Assembly: GCA_964016885.1 (NCBI GenBank)
Contig: CAXHJY010001528.1
Coordinates: 72,791 to 136,790 of the forward strand
Length of the DNA stretch: 64,000 nucleotides
Reading direction: 5' to 3'
DNA from: Eledone cirrhosa
Lineage: Eukaryota
Shown here: in pieces, positions 28,146 through 41,529 of the stretch
Position numbering within the stretch: position 1 is the first letter of the stretch
Layout: the number at the start of each line of letters is the position of its first letter
The notes under the pieces: model-generated
Databases searched by the model: none
What the model was told of the DNA's origin: nothing
What the model saw: the letters and a program-made list of their open reading frames with translations, nothing else
Translations under genes and position numbers: made by a program

Positions 28146-28330
28146 GATTGGCAGTATCGGTAGAGAGTCGGACACCATGCTTTGAAGCATAGAGTTACGT
28201 CCCCTTTATGATCTGAGTTCAAATCCCGCCGAGGTTAACTTTGCCTTTCATCCTTACGGAGTCGATAAAATAAAGTATCAGTAATGTACTGGGCAATTGC
28301 TGGCCTTGTGCCTAAAATAGAAACAATTAT
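28146..28330 (+). mobile_element. SINE family 1
   Basis: Head plus core. Confidence 0.8.
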
Positions 28331-28607
28331 ATATGTATCTGAAGGCCTGGAGATGAGATGGGCTCCATTAGGTGTAACATGCCCAAGAAACGGCGTATGT
28401 CAATATGGCGACTTACGAATCATCAGGAGTAGACTTTCGCTGTCTCCGTGTACGTAATTCCATTCACAAGGCTTGGAGAATCCCATGGTTACGGTAAAAT
28501 ACACTTTATCAAGATGGCAAGTAGTAAGATTGAACTCAGGACCTCTAGAATGTAAAGTGAGCATTCGACCATACTGTGTATACACTCTTAGCCTGTAGTA
28601 GGTACAT

Positions 28608-29695
28608 TTATATACATACATACATACATACATACATACATACACACATACACATACAGGCATATATGCATACACACACACATACATATATATATACATG
28701 CATACATACATACATACATACACACGTACATACACATATATACATACATATATACATACATACACACATACATACACATACAGGCATATATGCATACACA
28801 CATACACACATACATATATATACATGCATACATACATACATATATACATACATACACACATACATACACATATATACATACATATATACATACATACACA
28901 CATACACATACAGGCATATATGCATACACACACACACATACATATATATATACATGCATACATACATACATACATACATACACACGTACATACACATATA
29001 TACATACATATATACATACATACACACATACATACACATACAGGCATATATGCATACACACATACACACATACATATATATACATGCATACATACATACA
29101 TATATACATACATACACACATACATACACATATATACATACATATATACATACATACACACATACATACACATACAGGCGTATATGCATACACACATACA
29201 CACACATACACACACATACATATATATATACATGCATACATACATATATACATACATACACACATGTATACACATATATACATACATATATACATACATA
29301 CACACATACATACACATACAGGCATATATGCATACACACATACACACATACATATATATACATGTATACATACATATATACATACATACACACATACATA
29401 CACATATATACACACATATATACATACATACACACATACATATATATACATGCATACATACATATATACATACATACACACATACATACACATATATACA
29501 TACATATATACATACATACACACATACATACACATACAGGCATATATACATACACACATACACACACACATTCATACATATATACATACATACATACACA
29601 CATACACACACGCATTCATACATACACACATACACACACACATTCATACATACACACATACATACACACATTCATACATACACACATACATACAT
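28608..29695. repeat. Compound (CATA/CA/TA) satellite with ~130-bp higher-order unit
   Basis: caggcatatatgcatacacac recurs at roughly regular intervals. Confidence 0.85.
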
Positions 29696-30177
29696 TGGAA
29701 ATAATGTTTAAAAATAAAGCCACAAGGCGTATTATGTATGTATGTATGGCCCCTTAATTCTTGATGGAGTCGTAGAGGCGCCATAGAGGCGCCGTTGTGA
29801 CATACGACGTGTCGTGGGCATTTTAATAGGGTGGAGCCCATCCCGTCTCCAGGTTTGAACACAACCGATTTCTTTAAGAGAAGCAGAGAGAAAGAGAGCG
29901 AAAATGAGAGAGTGAAGAGAGAGAGAGAGAGAGAGTGGGGAGGAGAGAGAGAAGAGAGAGATAGCGAGACGGGGGTGGAGAGAGAGAGTGAAGAGAGAGA
30001 GAGAGAGGAGGGAGAGTGATAGAGTGAGAGAGAGAGACAGTGAAGATATATATATAGAGAGAGAGAGGTGGGGGGGGGGGCTTAGAAAGAGATATAGATA
30101 AAAGAATCAATCACCGTACACGATATAGAGGAAGAAGAAACGATTCCTCCAGTACTCGATATGGAAGAATAATCGAT

Positions 30178-30800
30178 CCCAGTACTAAACTGATACTATT
30201 TTTTTTTTATCGACCTCGAAAGGATGAAAGGCAAAGTTGAGCTCGACGGGACTTGAACTCAGAAAAACGCAGAGAACCGGAACGACTACTGCAAGATATT
30301 CAATCCAACGTTCTAACGACTTTGTCAATTCACCGCCTCAGAAGAACATACATGCACTAGAAGTCAATGTCTTGTAACTGATTGAGTCGCTACTCCACTG
30401 GAGATTTTGTTTTCATTTAATCATAAAATAGCAGATACACTGGAGTGGTTTCACGTTGCCTTCTCTTGGCCCATGGGAGGATTAACTAAGTACTGCTACA
30501 CTAACCAAACATGTCACAGTACGCCTTTGAAATATATATCATATAATATCAGATATACATTACACCACACTACTTAACATGGGATGGGCGCCATATTTGA
30601 TTATATTTGATTTGGGGGGTGAAATTCTGTAATATCGATTTCCTATTAGACACAGAGGCTGCGAATTGGCAGAAAAGTGAGGACGTTGGATAGAGTACTT
30701 TGCGGGATATACGTCCTCACTCTCAGCACTCTGAGTTCAAATCCCGCCGAGGTTAACTTTGCTTTTCATCCAAAGTCGATAAAATAAGTACTAGAGTCGA
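30178..30800. mobile_element. Two divergent SINE family 1 copies (30178-30340 minus; 30657-30800 plus)
   Basis: Cores present on opposite strands. Confidence 0.65.
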
Positions 30801-30857
30801 TTCTTTCTCTACATCGAGTACTGGAATCGATTCTTCCTTTGTATCTCTTTCTGACAC

Positions 30858-30912
<55 letters not shown>

Positions 30913-30934
30913 TCTCTCTCTAACTCTCTCTCTC

Positions 30935-31019
<85 letters not shown>

Positions 31020-31291
31020 GTTTCAGCGGCCTCGGTATGAAACATATATCTAGAATATTAATTAGTACGTAATTATGAAAATCTCATAAAACAGAATATA
31101 ACTTAGATTACACCCAATCCTGAATTAACATTAAAATAAATATTACAAAAACACCAACATTAAAATTCTCTTCATCATCAACACAACAAACCACCACCAC
31201 ACGCCTGCAAGCTGCCGAAATAAACTTCAGATGACTAATACATCTTAGAAATAAATATAGATATTAATATGAAAAGCTGCAAATTCTTTGG

Positions 31292-31480
31292 ACATGGCTG
31301 TGTGGTTAAGGAGTTAGCTTCGCAATCACATAGTATCGAGGTTCACTCACTCATTCCACACTAAGCGGTACTCTAGGGCAAGCGTGTTCCACCATAGCTA
31401 CGGGTTGGAAAATGTCTTGAATGACTTCAATGTCTTGATGGATAAAATTTGGTTGACGGAAACTGCAGAAATCCACGTCG
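31292..31480 (+). mobile_element. tRNA-derived SINE family 3; relatives near 45560-45715 and 47825-47965
   Basis: tggctgtgtggttaag head, gggcaagcgtgtt, ttggttgacggaaactg 3' motif. Confidence 0.6.
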
Positions 31481-31543
31481 TGTATATATATATATATATA
31501 TATATACCACCTAAACAACATATCACATATCTCTCGCGGTCGA

Positions 31544-31615
<72 letters not shown>

Positions 31616-31618
<3 letters not shown>

Positions 31619-31776
31619 CGAAGGAAATGTGGTAAGGAACCAGATGGACCATAACGAACCAAAGTACTCAATACTTAGGGTAGTAGAGTGGGTAATAGGA
31701 ACGAGTAGGACCCCGACGGCTGAGCTCAAGCCGTTTCGAAACGGCTTGAGCTCAGCCGTCGGGGTCCTACTCGTTC

Positions 31777-31778
<2 letters not shown>
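31616..31778 (-). mobile_element. Tailed palindrome, family A, copy 3 (perfect 41-bp arms, no loop)
   Basis: Tail 31616-31695; palindrome 31697-31778 centred on TTTC|GAAA. Confidence 0.9.
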
Positions 31779-31835
<57 letters not shown>

Positions 31836-31837
31836 CT

Positions 31838-31947
31838 ATCTAAGGCGGGTAAAATTCCCGAGATCCATGGACGAGTTCTCTCCAGCGGTCTCTGTCCCTC
31901 ATTATCGCTGCCATATCCTGCATCTCCAACAGACCAGTGTCTGTCCT
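31838..31947 (-). mobile_element. RTE LINE 3' tip between (TA)n tracts
   Basis: Near-identical to 36186-36290. Confidence 0.75.
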
Positions 31948-31966
31948 ATATATATATATATATATA

Positions 31967-32041
31967 TTACCCACTCTACTACCCTAAGTATTGAGTACTT
32001 TGGTGCGTTATGGTCCACCTGGTTCCGGGGTCCTACTCGTT

Positions 32042-32045
<4 letters not shown>
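31967..32045 (+). mobile_element. Permuted family A fragment (first 60 nt of tail joined to the post-GUC arm)
   Basis: ttacccac...ggttcc|ggggtcctactcgttccta. Confidence 0.8.
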
Positions 32046-32095
<50 letters not shown>

Positions 32096-32194
32096 TGTGT
32101 CTGTACAAAATACTCTTTCTCAACGATATATGGCTCTTTCTCTCTATATATATACATATATCTTTTAATTTAAATTATATATATATATTGTTAT

Positions 32195-32241
<47 letters not shown>

Positions 32242-32242
32242 C

Positions 32243-32292
32243 CCATTCCGAGCTGAGGATCCGCTAAGGTGAAACAATTGTTCTCGGTATGG
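32243..32292 (+). ncRNA. Minimal type-I hammerhead ribozyme motif in an ~83-bp insert between (TA)n tracts
   Basis: cCATtCCGAG-CTGAGGA-tCC gctaa GGt-GAAAC AATT GTT-CTCGGtATGg; perfect 5-bp stem I, palindromic ACAATTGT stem III, GUU site. Confidence 0.75.
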
Positions 32293-32344
32293 TGAACTAA
32301 CTGTTGTGTAACAACTTCTATATATATATATATATGCATATATC

Positions 32345-32409
<65 letters not shown>

Positions 32410-32648
32410 ATATATATATATATATTTATATAAGTGTGTGTGTATATGTGTGTTAAATACACACATACACACTAAGACATACACACACAACCGTTTGTAA
32501 AAGGTAAGTTATAACTTCAATGAAGCCAGTTCCAGAAGCCATAACACACACCTAACATGTCATTTAAGTTGTTAGTTTTTAACACCTCTACATCCTCTCC
32601 TTCTCCTCTCTCTCTTCTTCACCACCACCACCACATCCCTCCTTCACC

Positions 32649-32681
<33 letters not shown>

Positions 32682-33558
32682 TGCTATTACCACCACCACT
32701 AACAACAACAACGTCACCACTTCAACCACCCATCACCACCACCACTACTACCATCACACCTCCACCACCCATCACCACAACCACCACCACCACCATCACA
32801 CATCCACCACTCATCACCACCACCATCACCATCGTCGCCACCCATCACCACCACCCATGATCATCACCACCCATCACCACCACCACCACCACCCATCATC
32901 ATCACCATCACCATCACCACCACCACCCATCATCACTACTACTACCACCACCACCACCACCACCACCCATCACCACCGGCACCTATCTCCACCACCACCA
33001 TCACCACCACCATCACCACCGTCGCCACCCATCACCACCACCATCACCACCACCCATCACCACCACCCATCATCACCCATCACCACTACCATTACCACTA
33101 CCACCACCACCACCACCACCACCACCACCACCCATGACCACCACCACCACCACCACCCATCACCATCACCATCACCATCACCACCACCACCACCCATCAT
33201 CACAATCACCACCACCACCACCACCCATCACCACCGGCACCTATCTCCACCACCACCATCACCACCACCACCAATAATATTTACAATATACGTGTCTGTA
33301 CACACAGATACATACACACACACACACACACACACATACATACACACAAACACACATACATATACATATGCATACACATACACACATATATATATATATA
33401 TATATATACATACACATATACATACGTTACAGAAAGCCCACCTGCAACATCCTGTGGAAAGCAGGCGTCGACTTGAGCTATTATTTAACATCTTGGATCT
33501 TTCTCGTACATGGCATTCTATGGATATAGGCAGACGGACAGATGAGAGATAGATAGGG

Positions 33559-33622
<64 letters not shown>

Positions 33623-33624
<2 letters not shown>

Positions 33625-33786
33625 GGCACAAAAGAAGAGGACAAATACAAGGGGGGGTACATAAAGGAACGAGTAAAAAACAAATAACAAATATAAAATT
33701 AACAATACAGTCCTCAATAGAGAGGAGGCGTTTTGGGGGTTACACACACCCCCTAAAAAGTGTGCAACCCTTTTCCTTAGGAGCAC

Positions 33787-33825
<39 letters not shown>

Positions 33826-34775
33826 GATTTCTTTATTAGCCACAAGTGCACAAAAGAAGGGGACAAATACAAATGGGGAGTTTACATACAGGTATATGAA
33901 AATAAAACTATTAATAAAATAACAAATAACAATTGAAATCCACAATAGGGGGGAGGCGTTACACAGGGGTTGTACACACCCCGAAAAAATGTACAACCCT
34001 CATCTCCAGGAGCACCAAGAGTGAGTACTCCCTTCCTCTTTTCCCTCAACCTACAAGCTTATATAGAGAGAAGGCCCAACCATCGGGCCATCTTTGTCAC
34101 ATTCACCCACCTTTTATAAAAGTTGCTGAGATACAGCACCTCTCTCTCCATCCTGATTCTTCTTCCAAAATGATATTTGAAAAAACGAATCAGTTACTCG
34201 CCGGAGAGAAAGGTGTCTGACCTCAGCCCTTTTAACCTCGTCCACCATATAACCTCTTTCACCATAACCGTAACACATAGGAAAACCGCCTCTCCCTCGT
34301 TTTTGAAGGAGCGTGGCGGTTTGATCATGACAATGGACTCGGTGGTCAACTGGATTGGTCCCACCCGCGACAATAGTCGTTCTACATAGCCCCACAGGTC
34401 GGTAACGCCTGGGCAGTGTACAAATGCGTGCGCGACGGTTTCCTCGTCGCGCACGCATCTCGGAAAGATCTTTTCCGAAGGGTCCCTACCCGGGCGCCCG
34501 TGTCTGTAGAGCTTGTCTCGAACTGGTAGAGCTCCTTGGTAGCACTGCCAGGCCAGGGACTTTTGGAAGTTGTCCATTGGTCCCGGGCGGGAGGTCCTAC
34601 CGAACAGACTGGCCAGTTCGTCCTCCTCTACGCCTAGAGTTTCTCCGAGCGCGTCGTCGCACTTGCTGCGGACCAACCCTCTATAGAATGTCGAAGTGGA
34701 GTCTCCACTGATCACCGAGTCCGTTTGCCAGAGGACTGTGAGCGCCTGAGCACATTCGATGTGCCAGTCGCCCTC
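33623..34775 (-). mobile_element. Tx1/L1-clade LINE 3' fragment with zinc-knuckle region, 3' UTR and partially duplicated UTR, in (GATA)n
   Basis: LAWQCYQGALPVRDKLYRHG...PRC..DEETVAHAFVHCP (CCHC-like, first Cys lost); AATAAAGAAAT then (CTAT)n at 33825; second UTR piece 33623-33787 also bounded by (GATA)n. Confidence 0.85.
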
Positions 34776-34829
34776 GACCTCGTAAGGATGTAAGGCAAAG
34801 TTAACCTTGGCTGGATTTGAACTCAGACC

Positions 34830-35004
34830 GATCCTTCCTCTTATTACCCTTTACTTTCTATTTATCTTCTATTTCTAACTCTATCTTCGAACGGATGAAG
34901 GACTTGTGTCCGAAACGTTAAGACTATCTTCCTGCTATTTCAAGCGTTAAACTAATATATTTCTTCCATGTACCGTGCCGTTTGTTTTGTTATTTCTGTT
35001 TACC

Positions 35005-35010
<6 letters not shown>
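34830..35010 (+). mobile_element. Penelope-like 3' repeat with mutated hammerhead core (34892-34920), ending in (CA)n
   Basis: CGGATGA-A-GGAC ttgt GTCC-GAAACGTTA; homologous to 14540-14720. Confidence 0.7.
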
Positions 35011-35064
<54 letters not shown>

Positions 35065-35212
35065 GTATATATGATGATGATGAGGAGGAGGAGGAGGGGT
35101 GGGGGGGGGATTATCACCCCTATCACCATCATCATCATCATCATCATCGTTATCTGCGTTATTATGACGGGCGTGGTAGTATGCTTGGTGTCAATGTGTA
35201 CTATAGTCATTT

Positions 35213-35279
<67 letters not shown>

Positions 35280-35750
35280 CCCACATGTCTATAAACCTAT
35301 CCATATGAATGAATGTGGGTATGTAATTATGCTTACGCGCATTATGTTTGTATGTACCATACATACATATATATATATATATACATATATGTATGTATAT
35401 ATGCATGTATGCATGCTGTATGTATGTATGTATGCATGTGTGTGTGTATGAATGAATGTATGCATGTGCCTGTATGTATGTATGCATGTATGCATGTATG
35501 TATGCATGTATATGTGTATGTGAGTATGCATGTGTGTGCATGTATGCATATTTGTATATATGCATGTATGTATGTATACATGTATGTATGCATGTATGTA
35601 TGTATCTATGAATCTGATACGTCAACATACACACATCTGTATAAATAGAAGTTAATATGCATACGTTTGATATTTTTTTCCCTTCTAAGCAAATCTTTCT
35701 GTTTGCACTTGTATATTCATATATATATATATATATGTATATGTGTGAGC

Positions 35751-35839
<89 letters not shown>

Positions 35840-36185
35840 TCTGCGTCCATGCATCCGTCTTCTCCAGATGACGGACATATAGAGATATTTCCCCTCGTCA
35901 GCTGTCTACTGAATATTTTTGTGATTTCGGGTGCTAAGGACTTACTACTCTCCCCAGTACATAGATAGTCACTAAATATGTCGACACGTGAGAGAAATCC
36001 CCTAATATATATATATATATATTTATATATTTGATTTGCTAAGCTGTCTAAACGTATTGTTATTACTCTGGGGTACTTTTCCCCATCCGAGTGCTAAAGC
36101 TACAGACCGAATTTGCATTCGTTAGCTTGGCCGCGAACTAAAGCTTCGTTAATGCTGTACTAAAATTTGTATATATATATATATA

Positions 36186-36540
36186 GGGCGGGTAAAATTC
36201 CCGAGATCCATGGACGAGTGCTCTCCAGCGGTCTCTGTCCCTCATCGTCGCTGCCATGTCCTGCGTCTCCAAGAGACCAGTGTCTGTCCTTAGGGCATCA
36301 ACATATATCAACCTCGGTCTCCCTCTTCTAGTGTGTCCATGCAGGAGCTCCCACAGGAGCACTGAGTGCAGTGTCAACTCTGGATGTCGGTGAGCATGTC
36401 CAGCTAACCTCAGTCTCCTCTGTGCTAGTCTCGGGCTGTCTTTTGGGAGGCTCCCGTACAGCTCTGAGTTCTTCACCCTCAGTGTATACTGATTAATGTT
36501 CAGAGCCATCCGCAGCATTCTCGTGTAGCACCCACCCAAT
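36186..36540 (-). mobile_element. RTE-clade LINE 3' fragment in (TA)n
   Basis: GCYTRMLRMALNI...RRLRLAGHAHRH...RGRPRLIYVD...MRDRDRWR. Confidence 0.85.
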
Positions 36541-36545
36541 ATATC

Positions 36546-36580
<35 letters not shown>

Positions 36581-36611
36581 TTGTGTCTTTTCTTTGTCAG
36601 TTATCCCATAA

Positions 36612-36795
36612 TAATTGTTTCTACTTTTGGCACAAGGCCAGCTATTACCCCAGTGTATTACTGGTACTTTATTTTATCGACCCCGTAAGGATGAAAGGCA
36701 AAGTTAACCTCGGCGGGATTTGAACTCAGAATGGCAAGAGCCGTAACTAAATGCGTCAAAACATGGCGTCCGACCCTCTACCGATACTGCCAATA
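36612..36795 (-). mobile_element. SINE family 1
   Basis: Reverse complement of head plus core. Confidence 0.8.
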
Positions 36796-38663
36796 GGATT
36801 ACTGACAAAGAGAAATATATATATGTCAACGTCATCATTTTTCCGTTTTCCATGCTAGAATCCATGTATGTATGCTTACATACATGCATACATGTATGTG
36901 TCCATATATACACGCATACATGTATATATGCACGTGCAAATAAAAGTGTGCATGTTAGTATGCATGCATTAATGCATGTATGTACGTTTCTATATTTATC
37001 TGCTTGTATGCCAATACACATATATGTATGTATGCATACTTGCCTATTTGAATATATGTATGCATGCATGCGTATATGTAAGTATGTATGTATGCATGCC
37101 TGTATGCATTTATGGTCGGGTCGTTGGCGACTAAACTGGCAACCCCACCAAGGTTTCTTGGTGTGGAGGGTGACTTTGGACATCCTGCAGGACTAAAAAC
37201 AAAACCTGTCAAAGGGCAAAGGAGCTCACTATAAAAGCTTCACGGCACAGGCATTGCTTTATATCTGGAGATCTCTCTGCACTTGTCGTCACATGGTACC
37301 ATGGGCCCAGCACTATGTGTCAATAATTGTCACAAGTGTAGTGTTTGTACCAGAGTTTTCAAGTCGCTGGCTGGACTAAAAAGTCACACTTGTTCAGCGC
37401 ATCGGTAGGGGTTCTCCTACATGGATATAAAGTAGTGGCCGTACTCGAAAATGAGTTGGCAGCCACCATGCATTTATGTATGTATGCACGCCTACCTATA
37501 TGCATATAGGTATGCATATATGCATACCTATATGCATGCAATGTAGGAATGTGTATGTCTGCAGACATGCATATGCATATATATTCATAAATTCATATAT
37601 GCATGCCACAATCATTAGTTTCTCCTCTTATCCTTCTTGGGTGTTATTTGAGTTGAATTTGACTGCTATTTCTAGCAGGTCGTGTTACTATGTATAGGTC
37701 CTCCCGTTTGTTGTAGACAGAAAGTATCGGTATGAATATATATATATACATAAGCATCGTAGGGTGTACGTTCCTACAGGTATATAATTGTATGTGTATA
37801 TGGGTCTATATGTGTCTATATGTGTATGTATGTTTATGTACGTGTGCGTGTGCACGTGAATGTGTGTGTGTCTGTCTGTTTGTGTTTATGTGTGTATGTC
37901 TATGTGTGTGTGTTTTTGTGTCTGTATCTGATAGTATGTGTGTCTGTCTGTGTCTGTCTATATGCGTGTACAGGGTGCCTGTAAATTAGAACCCGTTCCT
38001 TGGTAGTCAAGTCCTGTGAAACAGGTGCCAGACCTATGTATATGACACCTTATGTTTCTATACTCCGATCAGTGCTGACGTCAGCTCCCCCACAACAACA
38101 ACAACACCAACAACATCATCATCAAAAACAACAACATAAAAATAAGATAAAAAAACAACAACAACACAAGCAAAGAAAATCAAAAAACACCCCCAAAACA
38201 AGAACAAAACCTCAAAAATCAAAACCCTACCCCAGATGATACTTCCTGGCTAAGAACAGTTTGTTGATATATCAAGCTCCTTTCCTCCCGAAATCCCTAC
38301 CTACCTATCTACCTACCTACCAGCCAGCCAAACAAACCATGCCTACCCTAGTCCCCTTTCTCTAGTCATGTTTCATAGCTTCCCTCTACGTTTCAGCTTC
38401 TTCACAGCCCCCCAACCAAGCCCCTTGTCATCTCCTAAGGGCTCACCTGACTCACTCAATTTTCGTTCATTTGTTAACTTCCTTGTCCCCCGCCACCACC
38501 TCATCCCACTCCCTCCGCTCCCCCCTCTTCCACCCTCTCTTTCTCTTCTCTCCCTCTCTCTCGCTCTCTCTCTTTTTCTCTTTCTTAGTTTTCTCTTTCA
38601 TCAATTATATATATATGTGTTAGTGTGTGTGTGTGTGTATGTATATATATATATATAACTTTA

Positions 38664-38695
<32 letters not shown>

Positions 38696-38784
38696 ATGTA
38701 TATATATATATAACTTTGATATATATATATATATATATGGTTGCTTAGATAGACAGATAGATACACACTCACATATGTGTGTTC

Positions 38785-38923
<139 letters not shown>

Positions 38924-38949
38924 CACACATATGTGAGTGTGTATCTATC

Positions 38950-38982
<33 letters not shown>

Positions 38983-38987
38983 ATATG

Positions 38988-39044
<57 letters not shown>

Positions 39045-39231
39045 GTATGTATGTGGTTGTTTACCTACTCCTTTACTTCCCTCTCTTCCTTCTACCTATT
39101 TTTCGGGTAGTATGGGGTGGGTGGAGTAGTTCTTTCTTACTCTTCTCTCTGCCTCTCTCTTTCTTTCTCTCTTTTTCTATTTCCCCCAAGTTAAAAAGGC
39201 TATCTTTTACAACATCCTTCCTTGTTGGTGT

Positions 39232-39275
<44 letters not shown>

Positions 39276-39281
39276 TCACAT

Positions 39282-39312
<31 letters not shown>

Positions 39313-39352
39313 CTTATATATATATACACATCTATATGTGTGTGTATGTGAG

Positions 39353-39402
<50 letters not shown>

Positions 39403-39654
39403 CATATATATATATGTTAAGTCATTTACCCTCCATTCTCTCTTCATCCCATATGTAAATAAAAACCTCCTCCCCTTCCTCTTCTATTACACCCGCCCAT
39501 TTCACTACCTCCTCCTCCCTCTTGTTCTCTCTTTTAATCTCTTTATCTATTTCACTCTCTCTCTCTCTCCCTCTCCCTCTCACACACACACACTGTATCA
39601 TTCACTCCCCCTCCTCTCTCTCTCTCTTCTACCCATTTCCCATTCACCTTCCCT

Positions 39655-39955
39655 CATAAAAGAGATTATTTCTCACATTGAAAGAATCAAGGCCTCAGAT
39701 TTATTAGGAACTTGGATACGTAGTGAAGTGTTGTGAGGTGAGGTGTGACGCCCCTGATGAGCAGATTGGACTGGAGTCAGGTATATGGCATTCACATGGA
39801 TACTGAGCCACCCATCTGTGAAACGGTCGTAACCGTGCATAATCAATAAAGACGCTAATGTGAAAGCTCGTTTTGTTCTTAATATATACACTCTGCCATG
39901 GCATAGAGTGCTGATTTTGATACCTTCCTCAGTAAACCACGAATCTACTAAACCA
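39655..39955 (+). mobile_element. Penelope-like 3' region with long-stem-II hammerhead (39748-39840) and ACTC..GAGT tail hairpin
   Basis: CTGATGA-GCAGAT...ATCTGT-GAAACGGT cgta ACCGT-G; AATAAA at 39845; CACTCTGCC at GGCA ta GAGTG at 39889-39910. Confidence 0.55.
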
Positions 39956-39956
39956 C

Positions 39957-40046
39957 TTCGAGGTTAACTTTGCCTTTCATCCTTACGGGGTCGATAAAAT
40001 AAAGTACCAGTAATTGCTGGTCTTGTGCCAAAAGTAGAAACAATTA
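39957..40046 (+). mobile_element. SINE family 1, 5'-truncated
   Basis: Core and 3' end. Confidence 0.75.
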
Positions 40047-40065
40047 TATGTACTATACTTTGACA

Positions 40066-40360
40066 CTAAACTCCACCAGTTGCAGACTGCGCATCAACAT
40101 GAGATATTTTTCTCCACAGAGTTCGGTCACCAGCAACAGAGTTTAAAGAGCAAAGATCAAGTCCAGTCCATAGGTTGACATTATCAAGCCATCGTTTTGG
40201 CTGCCGGCCTTTGTTTCTCTTACCAGCCAAACTTCCTTCCAGGCATAACCTACTCACACCACGAGTTGATCCTTTTATATGACCGTATAGTTTGAGTACT
40301 CTTGACTTGACAATTGATGTAATTGGTCTAAGTCTGGTAATGTTGAACATCTCACGTGAA
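40066..40360 (-). mobile_element. RTE (BovB-like) LINE 3' fragment
   Basis: LKLYGHI...LEGSLAGKRNKGRQPKRWLDNV..WTGL...DRTLWR. Confidence 0.8.
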
Positions 40361-41354
40361 TCCAACTCTCTAGCCACTAAGCAACGCGCCTGATATATAG
40401 TAAACCCTTAACTAACCAAGATGTTCAACATTAGGTCACCGACTCAGTGGTTCAAGAGTTTTTATCCCTCAACTTCCCAGTGGTCGCCATTTTCTCTATA
40501 TATAAAAGTTGAACCAAAGAAACCAGTCAGAAAATATTGTAAGATGTTGTATTCAAAGGAATTGAGTTGCTGTGGTTGAAACATTAATACGTGCAACGCT
40601 GTATTAACCATTAAGGGTAAAGACTCTCTTCGGTTACGAATGACCATGAGATTTTCACCTAGAATGTTCCCCTCAGAAGCATAAGTCCGAGCATGGTGTT
40701 GTGTCTAAGACTAACAATTACCTTTACATACTGGTTTCCTCTCTCCATGTCACCGATGTTGTCCAAGGGAAAGGTAAAGGTCAATACAGCTTGGTACCAG
40801 AGACGTCACAACTCATTTTTACAGCTGAATGAACTGGAGCAAGCGTGAAATAAAGTGTCTTGCTCAAAGACACAACGCCCTGCCCGGACCGGGAATCGAA
40901 CTCACTACCTGACGATTGTAATCCCCATGCTCTGGCCACTATACCATGCTCCTTTACTCAGTGGTGTATAAATCATTCAGAAAAATGATTACGTAAAGAG
41001 GGGTCCCATACAGACATTTGTCCAGTAGCAAATTTATTATGGGCCATAGTGCAGTGTCACAGCTGAACCAGAGCCTGTGAAAATGGGGGTCTCATAATCT
41101 TTTCGGTACTTAGGGCCTCTAAAGGTCTTAATTCGGCCCTGAATACGTGGTGACTCTGTTACGACCTGTGCTATATAGTGAAGAAAAAAATGATAGAAGC
41201 ATCAGCAAAAACAAAACAACAACAACAACAACAACAACAATAAGATTCCAACCTATATAGAGTATAAGTGTTAGATGTTGGTGAATATAGCAACTAAACA
41301 AACAACAATAACATCAGTAATAGCAGTAACAACAATATCAACAATAACATTGCA

Positions 41355-41409
<55 letters not shown>

Positions 41410-41414
41410 CATAT

Positions 41415-41529
<115 letters not shown>

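Noticed and set aside
28400-29757. 300-420 aa ORFs rich in H/T/Y/I or C/V/M
   Set aside because: CATA/CA satellite artefact
23718-33552. His/Pro/Thr/Gly-rich ORFs at 23.8k, 25.8k and 32.6k resembling histidine-rich structural proteins
   Set aside because: CAC/CAT/GGT repeats open in multiple frames, without a signal peptide or exon boundaries
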